Assembly: GCA_031397435.1 (NCBI GenBank)
Contig: JANNMC010000080.1
Coordinates: 1 to 52,633, forward strand
Reading direction: 5' to 3'
DNA from: Candidatus Eiseniibacteriota bacterium
GTDB taxonomy: Bacteria; Eisenbacteria; RBG-16-71-46; SZUA-252
Length of the DNA stretch: 52,633 nt
Notes under the pieces: generated by a model
The model's database searches: none
What the model was told of the DNA's origin: nothing
Seen by the model: the letters and a program-made list of their open reading frames with translations, nothing else
Shown: in pieces, positions 28,579-40,111 of the stretch
How positions within the stretch are numbered: position 1 is the stretch's first letter
How the letters are laid out: the number at the start of each line of letters is the position of its first letter
Made by a program: the position numbers and the translations under genes

Positions 28579-30612
28579 GTGACGCGGGCCGCCCGCCTCT
28601 CCCGGAGCGCGACGCCCCTTGGGGGCGCCGCGCGCGCGGCGGGGTGCGCCTGCGGGGTCGCGGTCGCCCTTCTGTCGCTCGCTCCTCCGCCCGCGATCGC
28701 CCAGATCGAGACGGAGGACGAGCCGACGGTGCGACGGGTGGAGATCGTCGGCAACCAGGCCTACTCGGACGGCACCCTCAAGTCGATCATCCGGACGCGC
28801 GCCAAGTCTTTCTTCCGTCCCTGGCGCTCGGCCCCCCTCCGGTCCGATTTCCTTCGGTTCGACCGTCTGGCGCTTCGCGACTTCTACCGGCGCCACGGCT
28901 TCTTGCGCGTCGACGCGGAGAGCGTGGAGATCGTCCATGGCGACGGTTCGCGCGTGGAGGTCCGCTTCCACATCGTCGAGGGACCTCACGCGCGGGTCGA
29001 CGCCATCGACTTTGTCGGTCCGTCCGCGGCCGACGAGGAGGTGATCCGGTCGGTGATCCCGCTCGCGGCCGGCGGGCACTTCGATTTTCCGGCGGTCGAG
29101 GTGAGCCTCGTCTCGATCGACAGCATCTACGCCGAACGCGGGCACGTGGCCGCGGCCATTCGCGATTCGATCGAACTCTCGGGAGAGAATGTCCGGGTCC
29201 GATTCACGATCGACCCGGGGCCCTCGGCGCTTCTCCGGCGAATCGAAATCGAGGGGACCCGGTCGACGAAGCCGGAGTTCGTGGCGCGGGAGGTGGTGCT
29301 CCGGCCCGGCGAGGTCCTGGCGCGCTCGCGGCTCGTCCGGAGCCAGCAGCGGATCTATGACTCGGGCTTCTACAGCGATGTCCAGTTCTCCACGGGCCAG
29401 ATCGACTCGGCCACGCGGGAGACCGATCTGATCGTGAGCGTCCGGGAGCGGCGCCTCGGATGGGTGGACGCCGGCGTGGGATTCGGCTCAAAGGACCAGG
29501 CGCGTCTCACGGGGCAGGTCGGGCAGCGAAATATCTTCCGGGACGGCGTGCGGTTTCTCGCGACCGCTCGCGTCGGAATCCGAGCCAAGACGAAACCTCA
29601 ATTCCCGTACGTGAGGGACTTCTTTATCGGCGACCGTCACGCCGACGTCTCCCTCACCCGCTCCTGGCTCTTCGGAGTCCGGATCCAGGGCACGATCGGG
29701 GCGTTCGTCGAGGAGGTGCCGCCGTTCCTCACCGAGACGAAGATCCCGCTTCGAGCCACGGGAGCGTCCGCAGGCCTTCGATACGGACTCAGCCGCTGGT
29801 CGAGCGTGTCGCTCGCGTACGAGGCGCGGCGGGTCAACTCGGACAGCGCGAGCGTGAAGAACCAGATCGGCGTTCCCCTCAACCGATACACGAAGAACAG
29901 CATCGCCGCGACGCTCGAACGCGACACGCGGCTCGACCTGTTCGACCCGAGGAACGGCAGCGTGACGGTCGCGAGCGCGGAGTGGGTGGGCGGCGTCCTT
30001 CGGGGAAACTCCCAGTACGTGAAGCTCACCGCCGCGGGCACCGCGTATCGCCCTCTGAAGCGCCGGCTCACGTTCGCCGTGAGGGCGCGGGCAGGCATGC
30101 TCGCGTCGCGGGGCCAGGGGCCGGCGGCGGGACTCGAGGACCTGATCTCCGATCTCGATCTCATTCCCGAGGAGGACCGATTCCGGACCGGCGGCGCGAC
30201 GACGGTGCGCGGGTACCAGGAGGACGAGATCGGAACGCAGGTCGCCTTCGGCGTCGATTCGCTGGGTGCCATCACGAGGCAGGACGTGAGGCGCGGCGGC
30301 TCCTACCTCCTCCAGGCGAACGCGGAGTTCCGGGCGCGTCTCGTCGGCTTCCTGGGTGCCGCGGCCTTCCTGGACGGGGGGGGCGTGTGGGAGCGTCCCG
30401 CCGACCTCGCGTGGAACAGAATCTTCTCGTTCTCGAACGGCGCGGGGTATAAGGACATGAGATGGGTCGTTGGACTGGGTGTGCGAATCACGACCCCGGT
30501 CGGGCCGGTCCGTCTCGACTACGGCTGGAAGCTGCGAATGGCTCGTCCCGACCAACCCGACGCGGTGACGGGGCGCGGGGGATTCGCCTTCAGCCTCGGA
30601 CAAGCATACTGA
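28579..30612 (+). CDS. Omp85-family outer-membrane protein, TamA-like (about 3 POTRA domains)
   Basis: Signal peptide ending AIA-Q, three POTRA-like starts, TVRGY lid motif, TPVGPVRLDYG, C-terminal FSLGQAY. Confidence 0.85.
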   Translation: MTRAARLSRSATPLGGAARAAGCACGVAVALLSLAPPPAIAQIETEDEPTVRRVEIVGNQAYSDGTLKSIIRTRAKSFFRPWRSAPLRSDFLRFDRLALRDFYRRHGFLRVDAESVEIVHGDGSRVEVRFHIVEGPHARVDAIDFVGPSAADEEVIRSVIPLAAGGHFDFPAVEVSLVSIDSIYAERGHVAAAIRDSIELSGENVRVRFTIDPGPSALLRRIEIEGTRSTKPEFVAREVVLRPGEVLARSRLVRSQQRIYDSGFYSDVQFSTGQIDSATRETDLIVSVRERRLGWVDAGVGFGSKDQARLTGQVGQRNIFRDGVRFLATARVGIRAKTKPQFPYVRDFFIGDRHADVSLTRSWLFGVRIQGTIGAFVEEVPPFLTETKIPLRATGASAGLRYGLSRWSSVSLAYEARRVNSDSASVKNQIGVPLNRYTKNSIAATLERDTRLDLFDPRNGSVTVASAEWVGGVLRGNSQYVKLTAAGTAYRPLKRRLTFAVRARAGMLASRGQGPAAGLEDLISDLDLIPEEDRFRTGGATTVRGYQEDEIGTQVAFGVDSLGAITRQDVRRGGSYLLQANAEFRARLVGFLGAAAFLDGGGVWERPADLAWNRIFSFSNGAGYKDMRWVVGLGVRITTPVGPVRLDYGWKLRMARPDQPDAVTGRGGFAFSLGQAY

Positions 30613-30664
30613 GCATTCCCGGACCGGAACTGAAAGTCCGGGCGAAACGGGGCGGGCGGCTGCG

Positions 30665-33600
30665 ATGAGCGACATGGAAGCGCGGGACGAGAAGCCGACG
30701 GACGAGCGACGCCGACGCGCGAACCGGAGCGTCTGGTGGATCGTGGGCGGCGTCAGCGTGCTCACCGCGCTCCTCGTGCTGGGCGGCGGCGTCGGGGTCC
30801 TCACCAAGCTATTCGCCTCCGGCGACGTCAGCCTCTCGCGGCGCGTCCTGGCGATCCTGAACGACGCGGTCGCCTCCGACTCCACCCGCCTCGAATTCGA
30901 TCAGATCCACGGCACGCTCTTCCGCGGGGCCATCCTCGAGCGTCCGCGCCTCGTCGTGCGGAGCGAGGGCCGCGACGTGGTCTGGGCCGCGGCGCGGCGC
31001 GCCCGCGTCGACTACGATCTCTGGAGCATCCTCGTTTCCTCCCGGCGCGACCTCACGGTCACGCTCGACTCCCTTCGCGTCGTCCTGGCGCGCGATTCCC
31101 GGAACGACCTCGTGATGCCTCGATTTCGGAAGGGGTCGGGGAAATCGCGCGCGGGCGATGTCCGGATCCGGATCGCGATGCGCGGCGCCTCGCTCGCGCT
31201 GACGGCGGAGCGGCTCGCCTTCACCGATCTCGAAGGGTCCGGAAACGTCGTCGTCGGCGCTTCGGGCTCGAGCGTTCTCGTGGAAAAGCTGGACGGCATG
31301 GTACGCGGCGGCGAGTCGTCGTCGCCCGTTCGCCTGAAGGGGATGGTGGCGTTCCAGGACTCGACCTGGCGCCTCGATCCGGTGCGCGTCGAGTTCGCGA
31401 AGTCGCGCGTCGCCGCGAGCGGGGACTGGAATTCGCGCGCCGGGAGGCTCCAGGAAGGGACGATTCGCCTCGAGCCGCTCGTCCTTGAGGAAGTCCTTCC
31501 GCTTTTCGACGTGAACGGTGTGGAGGGGACGCTTCGCGGCGACATCGAACTCGCGGGGCACCCGGGGGCCGGAAACGCCTCCGGCTGCCTGAGCGGCGAC
31601 GTGGAGGGGGAACGCCTCGACACGCTCCTCGTGCGGGCGCGCCTGACGCGCGAGGGGGTGCTTGTCGACCACGTTCAGACCAGGCTCCGCGGAGCCCAGG
31701 TGACGGGGAGCGGAAGCATCGACCGCTCCGGGGCGCTCCGCGCGACCCTTGCCTTCCGGGATGCCGACCCGTCGTCGCTCCCCTGGTGGGAGGCGCCGGC
31801 CGGCATGCCGAAGGGAGCGCTCGCGGGAACCGCCACGCTCCAGATCACGCGGGGGCGGCCCCGCCCCCTGGTGCGCGTCGTGGCGACGCTCGGGAAGGGG
31901 AACATCGGGCGCCTTCCGATCGATCGGGCCACGTTCGTGGTCCACGCACCGCCGGCCGGCGGACTCTTCCTCGACAGCCTGACGCTCGATTCGCCGGGCG
32001 CGCGCGTCGTCGGGAACGGCGCCTTCGACTCGGGCGGGGCACTCCGCGCCACCGCCACGGCCGCGATCGGCGATCTCGGGAGAATGGGAGGGCTCCTCGC
32101 GCCGATGTCGCCGCGCGAAGGGAAGGGCCGGATCACGGCGACGTTCGGCGGCACGACGAAGGCGCCGACGATCGACTTCCGTGGCTCGTTCACGGGGCCC
32201 CGCTTCGAGAGCGGTCTTCGCGCCGAGAGCGTGGTCGTGGCCGCGGCCGGCGCGCTGGCCCCGGCGCTCGACGTGCGCGGCACGCTCCGCGTGGCGTCGC
32301 TGGCGGCCAAGGACCGCGCGCTCGGAAATGTCGTCGCATCATTCGAGGGGGGCCGGGAGATGCGGGTCGGCCACTTCGAGGAGAGCGCCGGCGACACCAC
32401 GCTCACGATGCGCGGCGTTCTCGCGTTCGGCGATGCCGGCGTGACGGCGCGCGTCGACTCGCTCCGCCTGGTGGCCGGAGCGCTCCGCGTCGTGGCGCGC
32501 GAACCGGCCCGCGTCACGTTCGCCGGAGGCCGCCTCCGGGCCTCGCCGCTCGTCTTCGACCTGGAACCAGGCCGCCTCGACGCCGATCTCGATTGGGATA
32601 TCTCCGGGGGCCGCCTCGACATGCGCGGCACGCTGTCGGGACTCGACCTCGCGCGGCTCGGCGGCGGCTCGGGCCATGCGGCGCAGGGGGTCCTTCGCGC
32701 CCAGTTCCTCGCCTCGGGACCGATGGCCGATCCCGACGTGACGATTCGCGGAACCGTCGAGTCGCCCCGATTCCGGGAACTGGCCGCCGATTCGATCCAG
32801 GCGAAGCTCGAGTACGCTCCGGGCGTCCTCTCCATCGAGTCGCTTCGCTGGGTGGTCGGATCGACGTCGGCCGATCTCCGGGGCTCGGTCCGGACGAAAT
32901 TCACGCTCGAATCGTGGCTGCGCGCGCTGTCGCAGGGCGACCGTGCCTGGGCCGGAGACGCGTCGCTCGCGCTGGAGGTCGCCGCCGACTCCTTCGATCT
33001 CGCGACCCTCGCGCCGGTCGACTCGACGCTGCGGACGCTCGAGGGCGCGGCGACCGTTCGGGCGCGTGTCGCGGGAACTGTCGCCGCGCCGACGATCTCG
33101 GTGAACGGCCGCGTGCCGGGCTTTCGCTACCGGGCGCTCCGGGGCGACGTCGCGGCCCTGGAAGCGACCTACCGCGACCGCAGGCTGGCGTTCGAGCGGT
33201 TGGAGTTCCGGCAGGGGACCGGGGTGATGACCGTCGCGGGCGCGATGCCGGTCGACTTGTCGCCGTTCGGGGCCAGGCGGCTCCTGCGCGACGAGCCGCT
33301 CCGGCTCTCCATCCGCGCGAACGAAACCGACTTCTCGACGATCACGGCCCTGAGCGCGCAGGTGGCGACGAGTTCCGGCAAGGTAAGCGGAGAGGCTGAA
33401 GTGACCGGCACCCCGGCCCATCCGCGATGGTCCGGATCCATTCGTCTGCGGGACGGGAAGGTCCGATTCGCGGGACGTTACGAGGTGATCGAGGCGATCT
33501 CCGTCGACGGGACGTTCGACGAGGAGCGCCTCACGCTCACGCGAATCGAGGCTCGCCAGGGGAAGCGGGGCCGATTGGCCGGCCAGGGCTCCTGGCGCTG

Positions 33601-34678
33601 GTCCGAAGCGGGCGAGCCGCTGCCACCGGGATCGGTCGGGCCCCCGGGCGAGTACAAGGTCAACCTCAAGGCGACCGACTGCGTGGTGACCGATCGCGAA
33701 TACTACCTCTTCCAGTTCAGCGGCGACTTCGTGATCGTCAACGGACGAACGGAAGAGGGCGTGGTGAAGCCACGGATCACGGGGAACGGTTCTGTCTCGC
33801 GCGGCGAGCTGGCCCTGAACCTCTCGGCGCCGGCTGGGGAACCGCCGCCGCCGCTCCCGTTTCTCTACGACGTGACCGCCGACTTTCCGCGCCAGTTCAA
33901 GTACAAGCAGCTCGACACGGAAGTCGATCTCGCGGGATCGCTGCATCTCAGGAACGAAGGAGAGCGCGACATCGCGCTCGGGGTCCTGACGGTGAAGGGC
34001 GGCCAGTTCTACTTTCTGACGCGCAAGTTCGAGAATCTGACTGGCGAGGTGAACTTCAACAATCTCGACCGGCTCGATCCCTTCGTCTCGATCGACGCGC
34101 AGACGCGCGTGAGGCGCGGAGGCGGTTCCGGCGCGGGATCCGATCCCGACGATCACGTGGTCAGTCTCGCCGTCACCGGACGTTCGAGCCAGCTCCAGAT
34201 CCGTCCGTGGGACACGGAAGGGACGAGCCCGAGCGACCTCTGGCGGGAACTCTCCGTGGGGCAATTCTCCTCGCCCGAACGGGGCGACAACCTCGGCGGC
34301 ACCGACCCGCTCGCCGGCGTGGGGCTGAGTTCGCTGCCGGTGCGCGACTATCTCTTCCGGAACGCCGAGCGATGGATCGCCGGCTCGGGATTCATCGACA
34401 CGATCGATCTTCGATCCGGGAGCGGCTCGCGGACGGACGCGAGTTCGGTGGGGGGGCGGATCGACCTCGGCACCGTGGGCGTGGGGAAGTACGTGACGCG
34501 AGACCTCTTCCTCAAGTATTCTCGCGACTTCTCGGGCCTGTCCGAGAAGCAGATCACCGCCGAGTACCGCGTGACGCGGCATCTTCTGCTCCGCGGCCAG
34601 CAGATCCAGCGCAAACCGACGAACACCCAGTCCGCGCAGGAATACAACCTCGACCTCAAGATTCGAGTGGAGTACTGA
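30665..34678 (+). CDS. TamB/AsmA-like protein
   Basis: N-terminal TM anchor, long beta-rich repeats, C-terminal VGKY....LF.KY and terminal beta-strand ending in Y; follows TamA-like gene. Confidence 0.85.
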   Translation: MSDMEARDEKPTDERRRRANRSVWWIVGGVSVLTALLVLGGGVGVLTKLFASGDVSLSRRVLAILNDAVASDSTRLEFDQIHGTLFRGAILERPRLVVRSEGRDVVWAAARRARVDYDLWSILVSSRRDLTVTLDSLRVVLARDSRNDLVMPRFRKGSGKSRAGDVRIRIAMRGASLALTAERLAFTDLEGSGNVVVGASGSSVLVEKLDGMVRGGESSSPVRLKGMVAFQDSTWRLDPVRVEFAKSRVAASGDWNSRAGRLQEGTIRLEPLVLEEVLPLFDVNGVEGTLRGDIELAGHPGAGNASGCLSGDVEGERLDTLLVRARLTREGVLVDHVQTRLRGAQVTGSGSIDRSGALRATLAFRDADPSSLPWWEAPAGMPKGALAGTATLQITRGRPRPLVRVVATLGKGNIGRLPIDRATFVVHAPPAGGLFLDSLTLDSPGARVVGNGAFDSGGALRATATAAIGDLGRMGGLLAPMSPREGKGRITATFGGTTKAPTIDFRGSFTGPRFESGLRAESVVVAAAGALAPALDVRGTLRVASLAAKDRALGNVVASFEGGREMRVGHFEESAGDTTLTMRGVLAFGDAGVTARVDSLRLVAGALRVVAREPARVTFAGGRLRASPLVFDLEPGRLDADLDWDISGGRLDMRGTLSGLDLARLGGGSGHAAQGVLRAQFLASGPMADPDVTIRGTVESPRFRELAADSIQAKLEYAPGVLSIESLRWVVGSTSADLRGSVRTKFTLESWLRALSQGDRAWAGDASLALEVAADSFDLATLAPVDSTLRTLEGAATVRARVAGTVAAPTISVNGRVPGFRYRALRGDVAALEATYRDRRLAFERLEFRQGTGVMTVAGAMPVDLSPFGARRLLRDEPLRLSIRANETDFSTITALSAQVATSSGKVSGEAEVTGTPAHPRWSGSIRLRDGKVRFAGRYEVIEAISVDGTFDEERLTLTRIEARQGKRGRLAGQGSWRWSEAGEPLPPGSVGPPGEYKVNLKATDCVVTDREYYLFQFSGDFVIVNGRTEEGVVKPRITGNGSVSRGELALNLSAPAGEPPPPLPFLYDVTADFPRQFKYKQLDTEVDLAGSLHLRNEGERDIALGVLTVKGGQFYFLTRKFENLTGEVNFNNLDRLDPFVSIDAQTRVRRGGGSGAGSDPDDHVVSLAVTGRSSQLQIRPWDTEGTSPSDLWRELSVGQFSSPERGDNLGGTDPLAGVGLSSLPVRDYLFRNAERWIAGSGFIDTIDLRSGSGSRTDASSVGGRIDLGTVGVGKYVTRDLFLKYSRDFSGLSEKQITAEYRVTRHLLLRGQQIQRKPTNTQSAQEYNLDLKIRVEY

Positions 34679-34685
34679 TCCCTCG

Positions 34686-36857
34686 GTGGAACTGAACGAC
34701 GTCCAGCGCCAAGCCGTCGAACATCCCGGCGGGCCCCTCCTGGTCCTCGCCGGCGCCGGGAGCGGGAAGACGCGCGTCCTCACGGGCCGCATTGCGCACC
34801 TCGTGAAGGAACGGGGCGTCCCCGCGTGGGGCATCCTGGGCTTCACCTTCACGAACAAGGCTGCCCGCGAGATGAAGGAGCGGGTGGTCCATCTCCTCCA
34901 GGTGGACGAGAAGGACCTTGGCGTCTGGCTCGGCACCTTTCACGGCACCTGCGTGCGCATTCTCCGGCGTCATGCCGAGCTTCTCGGCTTCCCGAAGGCG
35001 TTTGTCATCTACGACACCGCCGACCAGCGCTCGCTCCTCAAGGAGTTACTGAAGTCGATCGGTGCCGACGATAAGCGCCTGACTCCGGCGGGAGCCGGTT
35101 CGCGAATCTCGCGGCTGAAGAACGAAGGGGTCACGCCGGAGGCCTTCGCGGCGGAGGCGTCGGGACCGCTCGATAGCCAAGTGGCCACCGTCTACGCCGG
35201 CTACGAGAATGCGCTCCGCGACCGGGCCGCCATGGACTTCGACGATCTACTGCTCTACACGGTGCGGCTCTTCGACCTCGACGCCGCGGTTCACCGGCAG
35301 TACGCCGATCGTTTTCGGCACGTTTTGGTGGACGAGTACCAGGACACGAACTCCATCCAGTTCGGACTGATCGAACGGCTCTCGAGCACGCATCGAAATC
35401 TCCTCGTGGTCGGCGACGACGACCAGTCGATCTACGGATGGCGCGGCGCCGACGTCGGAAACATTCTCTCCTTCGAGGATCGCTACCCCGACGCGACGGT
35501 CCTTCGCCTCACGCAGAACTACCGGTCCACGCGAACCATTCTCCGCGCGGCGCATCACGTCGTGAAGAACAACGCGGCCCGGAAAGACAAGGAACTCTGG
35601 ACCGAGAATGACGTCGGGGAGCCGCTCGGCCTCCATCTCCTCCCCGATGAGGAAGCGGAAGGGGAACGGGTCGTCTCGCTCCTGCTGGAGGAGAAGCGCC
35701 TGAAGGGGCGCGCCAATCGCGACTTCGCGGTCCTCTACCGCACGAACGCGCAGTCGCGCTCCGTGGAGAACGCGCTCCGGCGATCGGCCATCGCCTATCA
35801 GCTCACCGGCGGCGTCTCCTTCTACGAGCGGCGCGAAGTGAAGGATCTCCTGGCCTACCTCCGGGCGCTTTCGCAGCCACGCGACATCGTCGCCTGGTAC
35901 CGGATCGTGAACGTGCCGTCGCGGGGGATCGGCAAGACGACGCTCGATCGCTTTCGTTCGTTCGCGGAGGTGGAAGGGCTGCTCGTTCCCGACGCACTCC
36001 GGCATCCCCGTCTGGCCGATGCGGTCGGTGGAGCGGCGGCGAAGAAGCTGACCGAGGTGGCTCGGCTGTTCGAGGGGCTGGCGCCGCTCCTCGCCCGCAC
36101 GCCGGCCGAATGCCTGACGGAGCTGGTGGCCACGATCCGCTTCCGCGAATACCTGATGGAGGACGATCCGGCCGAAGCGTCGGAACGGATTGAAAACGTC
36201 GAGGAGTTGATCACCGGCGCCGATGCCTACGCCCGGCGCGCCGAGGAACCGACGGTGGACGGGTTTTTGGCCGAGGTGGCACTCCTCACGGACGTCGACC
36301 TCTGGGAAGACGGCGAGGACACGGTGAACCTAATGACGATCCATTCGGCGAAGGGGCTCGAATTCCCCGTCGTCTTCGTGGTCGGCATGGAGGAAGGGCT
36401 CCTGCCGCACGCTTCCTCGCTCGACAACCCCAAGGAACTGGAAGAGGAGCGGCGCCTCTTCTACGTGGCGCTGACGCGGGCGCGGGAGCGTGTCTTCCTG
36501 CTCCAGGCGCAGTTCCGCCGAACCTGGAACGCCTCCGGCGGCGGCGCGTCGCGATTCCTGACCGAGATTCCGGCCGATTGCCTCGCCGTGGAGGAAGCCG
36601 ATCCGTATGGTTCGTACGTTCGAGCGTCGCGCCCCGCCCGCGCCGCGCACGGACCACGAATCGTGAAAGACGAGGATCACAATCAGGCGCAGGAGCGAAG
36701 CCCGGTCGGCGCCTGGGTGAGTCATCCACAGTTCGGAGAGGGCCAGGTCGTCGCCTGTGAAGGGCGAGGCGACCGGGCCAAGTTGACCGTCCAATTCCGG
36801 CGCGCGGGAACGAAGAAGATTCTCGCCGCCTTCGCGGAGTGGAGCTATGCCGATTGA
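34686..36857 (+). CDS. pcrA: UvrD/PcrA DNA helicase
   Basis: LAGAGSGKT, TFTNKAA, DEYQDTN, VGDDDQSIY, YRTNAQSR, HSAKGLEF, EERRLFYVA.TRA, C-terminal H..FG.G. Confidence 0.95.
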   Translation: MELNDVQRQAVEHPGGPLLVLAGAGSGKTRVLTGRIAHLVKERGVPAWGILGFTFTNKAAREMKERVVHLLQVDEKDLGVWLGTFHGTCVRILRRHAELLGFPKAFVIYDTADQRSLLKELLKSIGADDKRLTPAGAGSRISRLKNEGVTPEAFAAEASGPLDSQVATVYAGYENALRDRAAMDFDDLLLYTVRLFDLDAAVHRQYADRFRHVLVDEYQDTNSIQFGLIERLSSTHRNLLVVGDDDQSIYGWRGADVGNILSFEDRYPDATVLRLTQNYRSTRTILRAAHHVVKNNAARKDKELWTENDVGEPLGLHLLPDEEAEGERVVSLLLEEKRLKGRANRDFAVLYRTNAQSRSVENALRRSAIAYQLTGGVSFYERREVKDLLAYLRALSQPRDIVAWYRIVNVPSRGIGKTTLDRFRSFAEVEGLLVPDALRHPRLADAVGGAAAKKLTEVARLFEGLAPLLARTPAECLTELVATIRFREYLMEDDPAEASERIENVEELITGADAYARRAEEPTVDGFLAEVALLTDVDLWEDGEDTVNLMTIHSAKGLEFPVVFVVGMEEGLLPHASSLDNPKELEEERRLFYVALTRARERVFLLQAQFRRTWNASGGGASRFLTEIPADCLAVEEADPYGSYVRASRPARAAHGPRIVKDEDHNQAQERSPVGAWVSHPQFGEGQVVACEGRGDRAKLTVQFRRAGTKKILAAFAEWSYAD

Positions 36858-37134
36858 CGTTTCGGTCGTGCGGAAAGTCGCGGCGCTCGCGCGCCTTCGC
36901 ATCGAACCCTCTGAAGAAGAGCGCTACGCGCGGGAGCTGGGCGGAATCCTCGGCTTCGTGGAGCAGTTGCAGGCGCTCGATGTCGCCGGTATCGAGCCGA
37001 CGAGCCAGGTGACCGAAGGGGCGCGCCCCGCGCTTCGCCCGGACGAGGTTCGCGCCTGCGATGCGCGCGAGGAGGCGCTCGCCGCAGCGCCGGAGCGGGA
37101 CGGCGACTACTTCAAGGTTCCCCAGGTCGTATGA
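36847..37134 (+). CDS. gatC: Asp/Glu-tRNA amidotransferase subunit C
   Basis: VA.LARL, LD..GIEPT, LR.D, YFKVP. Confidence 0.95.
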   Translation: MPIDVSVVRKVAALARLRIEPSEEERYARELGGILGFVEQLQALDVAGIEPTSQVTEGARPALRPDEVRACDAREEALAAAPERDGDYFKVPQVV

Positions 37135-38630
37135 GCGCGCCCGTCATTCAGGAAAGCGCGGAAGCGCTGGCGCGTGCCGTCGCGACGGGCGATCGATCGG
37201 CCACCGAGGTCACCGGCGCGTTTCTGGCGCAGGCGGACCGCACGGCGCCTCAACTCGGCACCTACCTTCATCGCATGGCGGAGTCCGCGCTTCGAGACGC
37301 CGAGGCGATCGATCGCCGCCGCGCCAAAGGGGAGAGGCTCGGCCCGCTCGCGGGGGTGCCGGTCGCGCTCAAGGACAACATCTGCGTGCGCGGCGTGCCG
37401 ACAACGTGCGGATCGAAGATATTGGAAGGATACCGGCCCCCCTACGACGCTCATGTGGTGGAGCGGCTCCGCGCGGCCGACGCGGTGATCGTGGGGAAGA
37501 CGAATTGCGACGAGTTCGCCATGGGCTCCTCGACCGAGAACTCGGCCTACCAGGTGACGCGGAATCCGTGGAACCTCGACTGCGTCCCCGGCGGTTCCAG
37601 CGGTGGCTCGGCGGCGACGGTGGCCGCCTTGGAGGCGCCGCTCTCGCTGGGGTCCGACACGGGCGGGTCGGTTCGTCAGCCGGCGGCCTTCTGCGGCGTC
37701 TACGGGTTGAAGCCGACGTACGGGGCGGTCTCCCGCTACGGACTGGTCGCCTTCGCTTCCTCGCTCGACCAGATCGGGCCCTTCGCCCGGAGCGCGCGAG
37801 ACACGGCGCTTCTCCAGAGCGCGATTTGCGGGCGCGACTCGCGCGACACGACCAGCCGCGCCGACGCGCGTCCGATCTCGCTCGACACGCTGGAGCGGGA
37901 TCTCACCGGGCTTCGGCTCGGCGTGCCTCGGGCCATCCTCGACGAGGCAGGAGAGGGCTTGGCGCCCTCCATTCGCGCCACCTTCGAATCGGCCATTTCC
38001 GCCTATGAGCGCGCCGGCGCTTCGATCGTGGATGTCTCGCTCCCGCACGCCCGCTACGCGATCGCCACCTACTACCTGATCGCCCCGGCGGAGGCCTCGA
38101 GCAACCTGGCGCGCTACGATGGAGTCCGCTACGGGGTACGCCGTTCGGAAAGCGATCTGCGCGGCATGTACGAGGCGACGCGCGGAGCCGGGTTCGGCCG
38201 CGAAGTGAAGCGGCGCATCCTGCTCGGCACCTACGCCCTCTCGGCCGGATACTACGACGCCTACTACCTTCGCGCGCAAAAGGTGCGGACGCTGATCCGG
38301 AAGGACTTCCTCGACGCGCTCGCGCTCTCCGATGCCCTCCTTCTCCCGATCACGCCGACGCCGGCATTCAAGATCGCCGAGAAGAGCGACGACCCGCTTG
38401 CCATGTACCTGAGCGACATCTTTTCCATCCCCGCCTCGCTGGCGGGTGTGCCGGCGCTTTCGTTCCCGGCTTCGTTCGACGCGGCGGGGCTCCCCATCGG
38501 GCTCCAGTTGGTGGGGCGGCCGTTCGAGGAGGAGACGATGCTCCGCGTGGCGCGCGCCTACGAGAACGAGCACGACGCGGCATCCCGGGTTCCGGCGATC
38601 GCCCTGGCGGATGCGGGAGGCGCGCGATGA
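37131..38630 (+). CDS. gatA: Asp/Glu-tRNA amidotransferase subunit A
   Basis: [51 protein letters not shown]. Confidence 0.97.
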   Translation: MSAPVIQESAEALARAVATGDRSATEVTGAFLAQADRTAPQLGTYLHRMAESALRDAEAIDRRRAKGERLGPLAGVPVALKDNICVRGVPTTCGSKILEGYRPPYDAHVVERLRAADAVIVGKTNCDEFAMGSSTENSAYQVTRNPWNLDCVPGGSSGGSAATVAALEAPLSLGSDTGGSVRQPAAFCGVYGLKPTYGAVSRYGLVAFASSLDQIGPFARSARDTALLQSAICGRDSRDTTSRADARPISLDTLERDLTGLRLGVPRAILDEAGEGLAPSIRATFESAISAYERAGASIVDVSLPHARYAIATYYLIAPAEASSNLARYDGVRYGVRRSESDLRGMYEATRGAGFGREVKRRILLGTYALSAGYYDAYYLRAQKVRTLIRKDFLDALALSDALLLPITPTPAFKIAEKSDDPLAMYLSDIFSIPASLAGVPALSFPASFDAAGLPIGLQLVGRPFEEETMLRVARAYENEHDAASRVPAIALADAGGAR

Positions 38631-40111
38631 CGAAGCCGGCGATGGCGTCCGAAGCGATGCGCGCCAAGTACGAACCGGTGATCGGTCTCGAGGTCCACGC
38701 GCAGTTGAAGACGAACACCAAGATCTTCTGCGCCTGCGCGACGACGTTCGGCGCGGCGCCCAATAGCCAGGTTTGTCCGGTCTGTCTGGGACTTCCCGGC
38801 GTCCTTCCGGTGCTGAACGAACGGGCCGTCACCTTCGCGGTCATGGCGGGGCTCGCCGTCGGCGCCACGATTCACCCGCGGAGCATCTTCGCCCGGAAGA
38901 ACTACTTCTACCCCGATCTCCCGAAGGGCTATCAGATATCCCAGTACGACCGCCCACTCTGCGAGGGGGGCGGCATCGAGATTCACGCCGAGGAAGTCCG
39001 GAAGCGAATCGGTCTCGTCCGGATCCACCTCGAGGAGGACGCGGGGAAATCGCTCCACCCGGAAGGGAAGGAAGGGGTCACCACGACGCGCGTCGATCTC
39101 AATCGCGCCGGGGTCCCGCTCATTGAGATTGTCTCCGAGCCCGATCTGCGTTCCGGCGTGGAGGCCTATCACTACCTCACGAAGCTGAAGCAGATCCTCG
39201 TCTACCTGGACGTCTGCGACGGCAACATGGAAGAGGGAAGTCTCCGCTGCGACGCGAATGTCTCCGTGCGCCCGCGGGGACAGGCCGCGTTCGGCACGCG
39301 GACCGAGATCAAGAACCTCAACTCGTTCCGCTACGTGGAGAAGGCAATCGCGTACGAAATCGATCGGCAAATCGCGCTGATCGAATCGGGCGGGAGCGTG
39401 GTGCAGGAGACGCTCCTCTGGGACTCGGCGCGCGGGGTGGCGGAGACGCTTCGAAGCAAGGAAGAGGCGCACGACTATCGCTACTTCCCGGAACCCGACC
39501 TGCTGCCGGTCGATCTCGAAGCGGCGTGGGTGGAGGGGCTCCGCGCGACGCTGCCCGAACTTCCGGACGCTCTCCGTGAACGCCTGGTGCGCGAACAAGG
39601 GATCCCCGAGTACGACGCTGAAGTGCTCACGGAGACGCGGGCGCTCGCTTCGTACTACGAGGAAGTGGCGGCCCGCTCGGGGCAGCCGAAGCTCGCCTCG
39701 AACTGGATCATGACCGAAGTCAACGCGGTGCGGAACAAGACGGGCGACTCGATCGAGTCGTTCCCGGTGCGCGCCGACCGGCTGGGTGATCTGGTTGCGA
39801 TGGTGTCGAACGGCCGCGTTTCGGGAAAGATCGCGAAGCAGCTCTTTGAACTGATGCTCACGAGTCCCGACGGGCCGGAGGCCCTGGTGCAAAAGCACGG
39901 ACTCCTGCCGATCGAGGACGACGCGGCGCTTCGGGCGCTGGCGCGCGAGGTCCTCGCGGCGAACCCCGGTCCCGCCGCCGAATTCCGAGCGGGCAAGGAG
40001 AAGACCTTCGCGTTCCTGGTCGGTCAAGCCATGAAGCAGTCGCGCGGACGCGCGCACCCGGAAAAGCTCCAGGCGGCGCTACGAGCGGTTCTAACCGAGG
40101 AGCCGGCATGA
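38627..40111 (+). CDS. gatB: Asp/Glu-tRNA amidotransferase subunit B
   Basis: [49 protein letters not shown]. Confidence 0.97.
   Translation: MTKPAMASEAMRAKYEPVIGLEVHAQLKTNTKIFCACATTFGAAPNSQVCPVCLGLPGVLPVLNERAVTFAVMAGLAVGATIHPRSIFARKNYFYPDLPKGYQISQYDRPLCEGGGIEIHAEEVRKRIGLVRIHLEEDAGKSLHPEGKEGVTTTRVDLNRAGVPLIEIVSEPDLRSGVEAYHYLTKLKQILVYLDVCDGNMEEGSLRCDANVSVRPRGQAAFGTRTEIKNLNSFRYVEKAIAYEIDRQIALIESGGSVVQETLLWDSARGVAETLRSKEEAHDYRYFPEPDLLPVDLEAAWVEGLRATLPELPDALRERLVREQGIPEYDAEVLTETRALASYYEEVAARSGQPKLASNWIMTEVNAVRNKTGDSIESFPVRADRLGDLVAMVSNGRVSGKIAKQLFELMLTSPDGPEALVQKHGLLPIEDDAALRALAREVLAANPGPAAEFRAGKEKTFAFLVGQAMKQSRGRAHPEKLQAALRAVLTEEPA

Noticed and set aside
30613-30664. Hairpin CCCGGAC/GTCCGGG with nearby CTGA and GAAA, hinting at a hammerhead ribozyme
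   Set aside because: The CUGANGA core is not matched (CTGAAAG) and the three stems cannot be built; at most a simple intergenic hairpin.
32339-34936. 865-aa minus-strand ORF and many other long antisense or alternate-frame ORFs (e.g. 9511-11583, 5170-6843, 38558-40057)
   Set aside because: They overlap well-supported genes, are Arg/Pro/Ala-rich with no family motifs, and are expected shadow ORFs in high-GC DNA.
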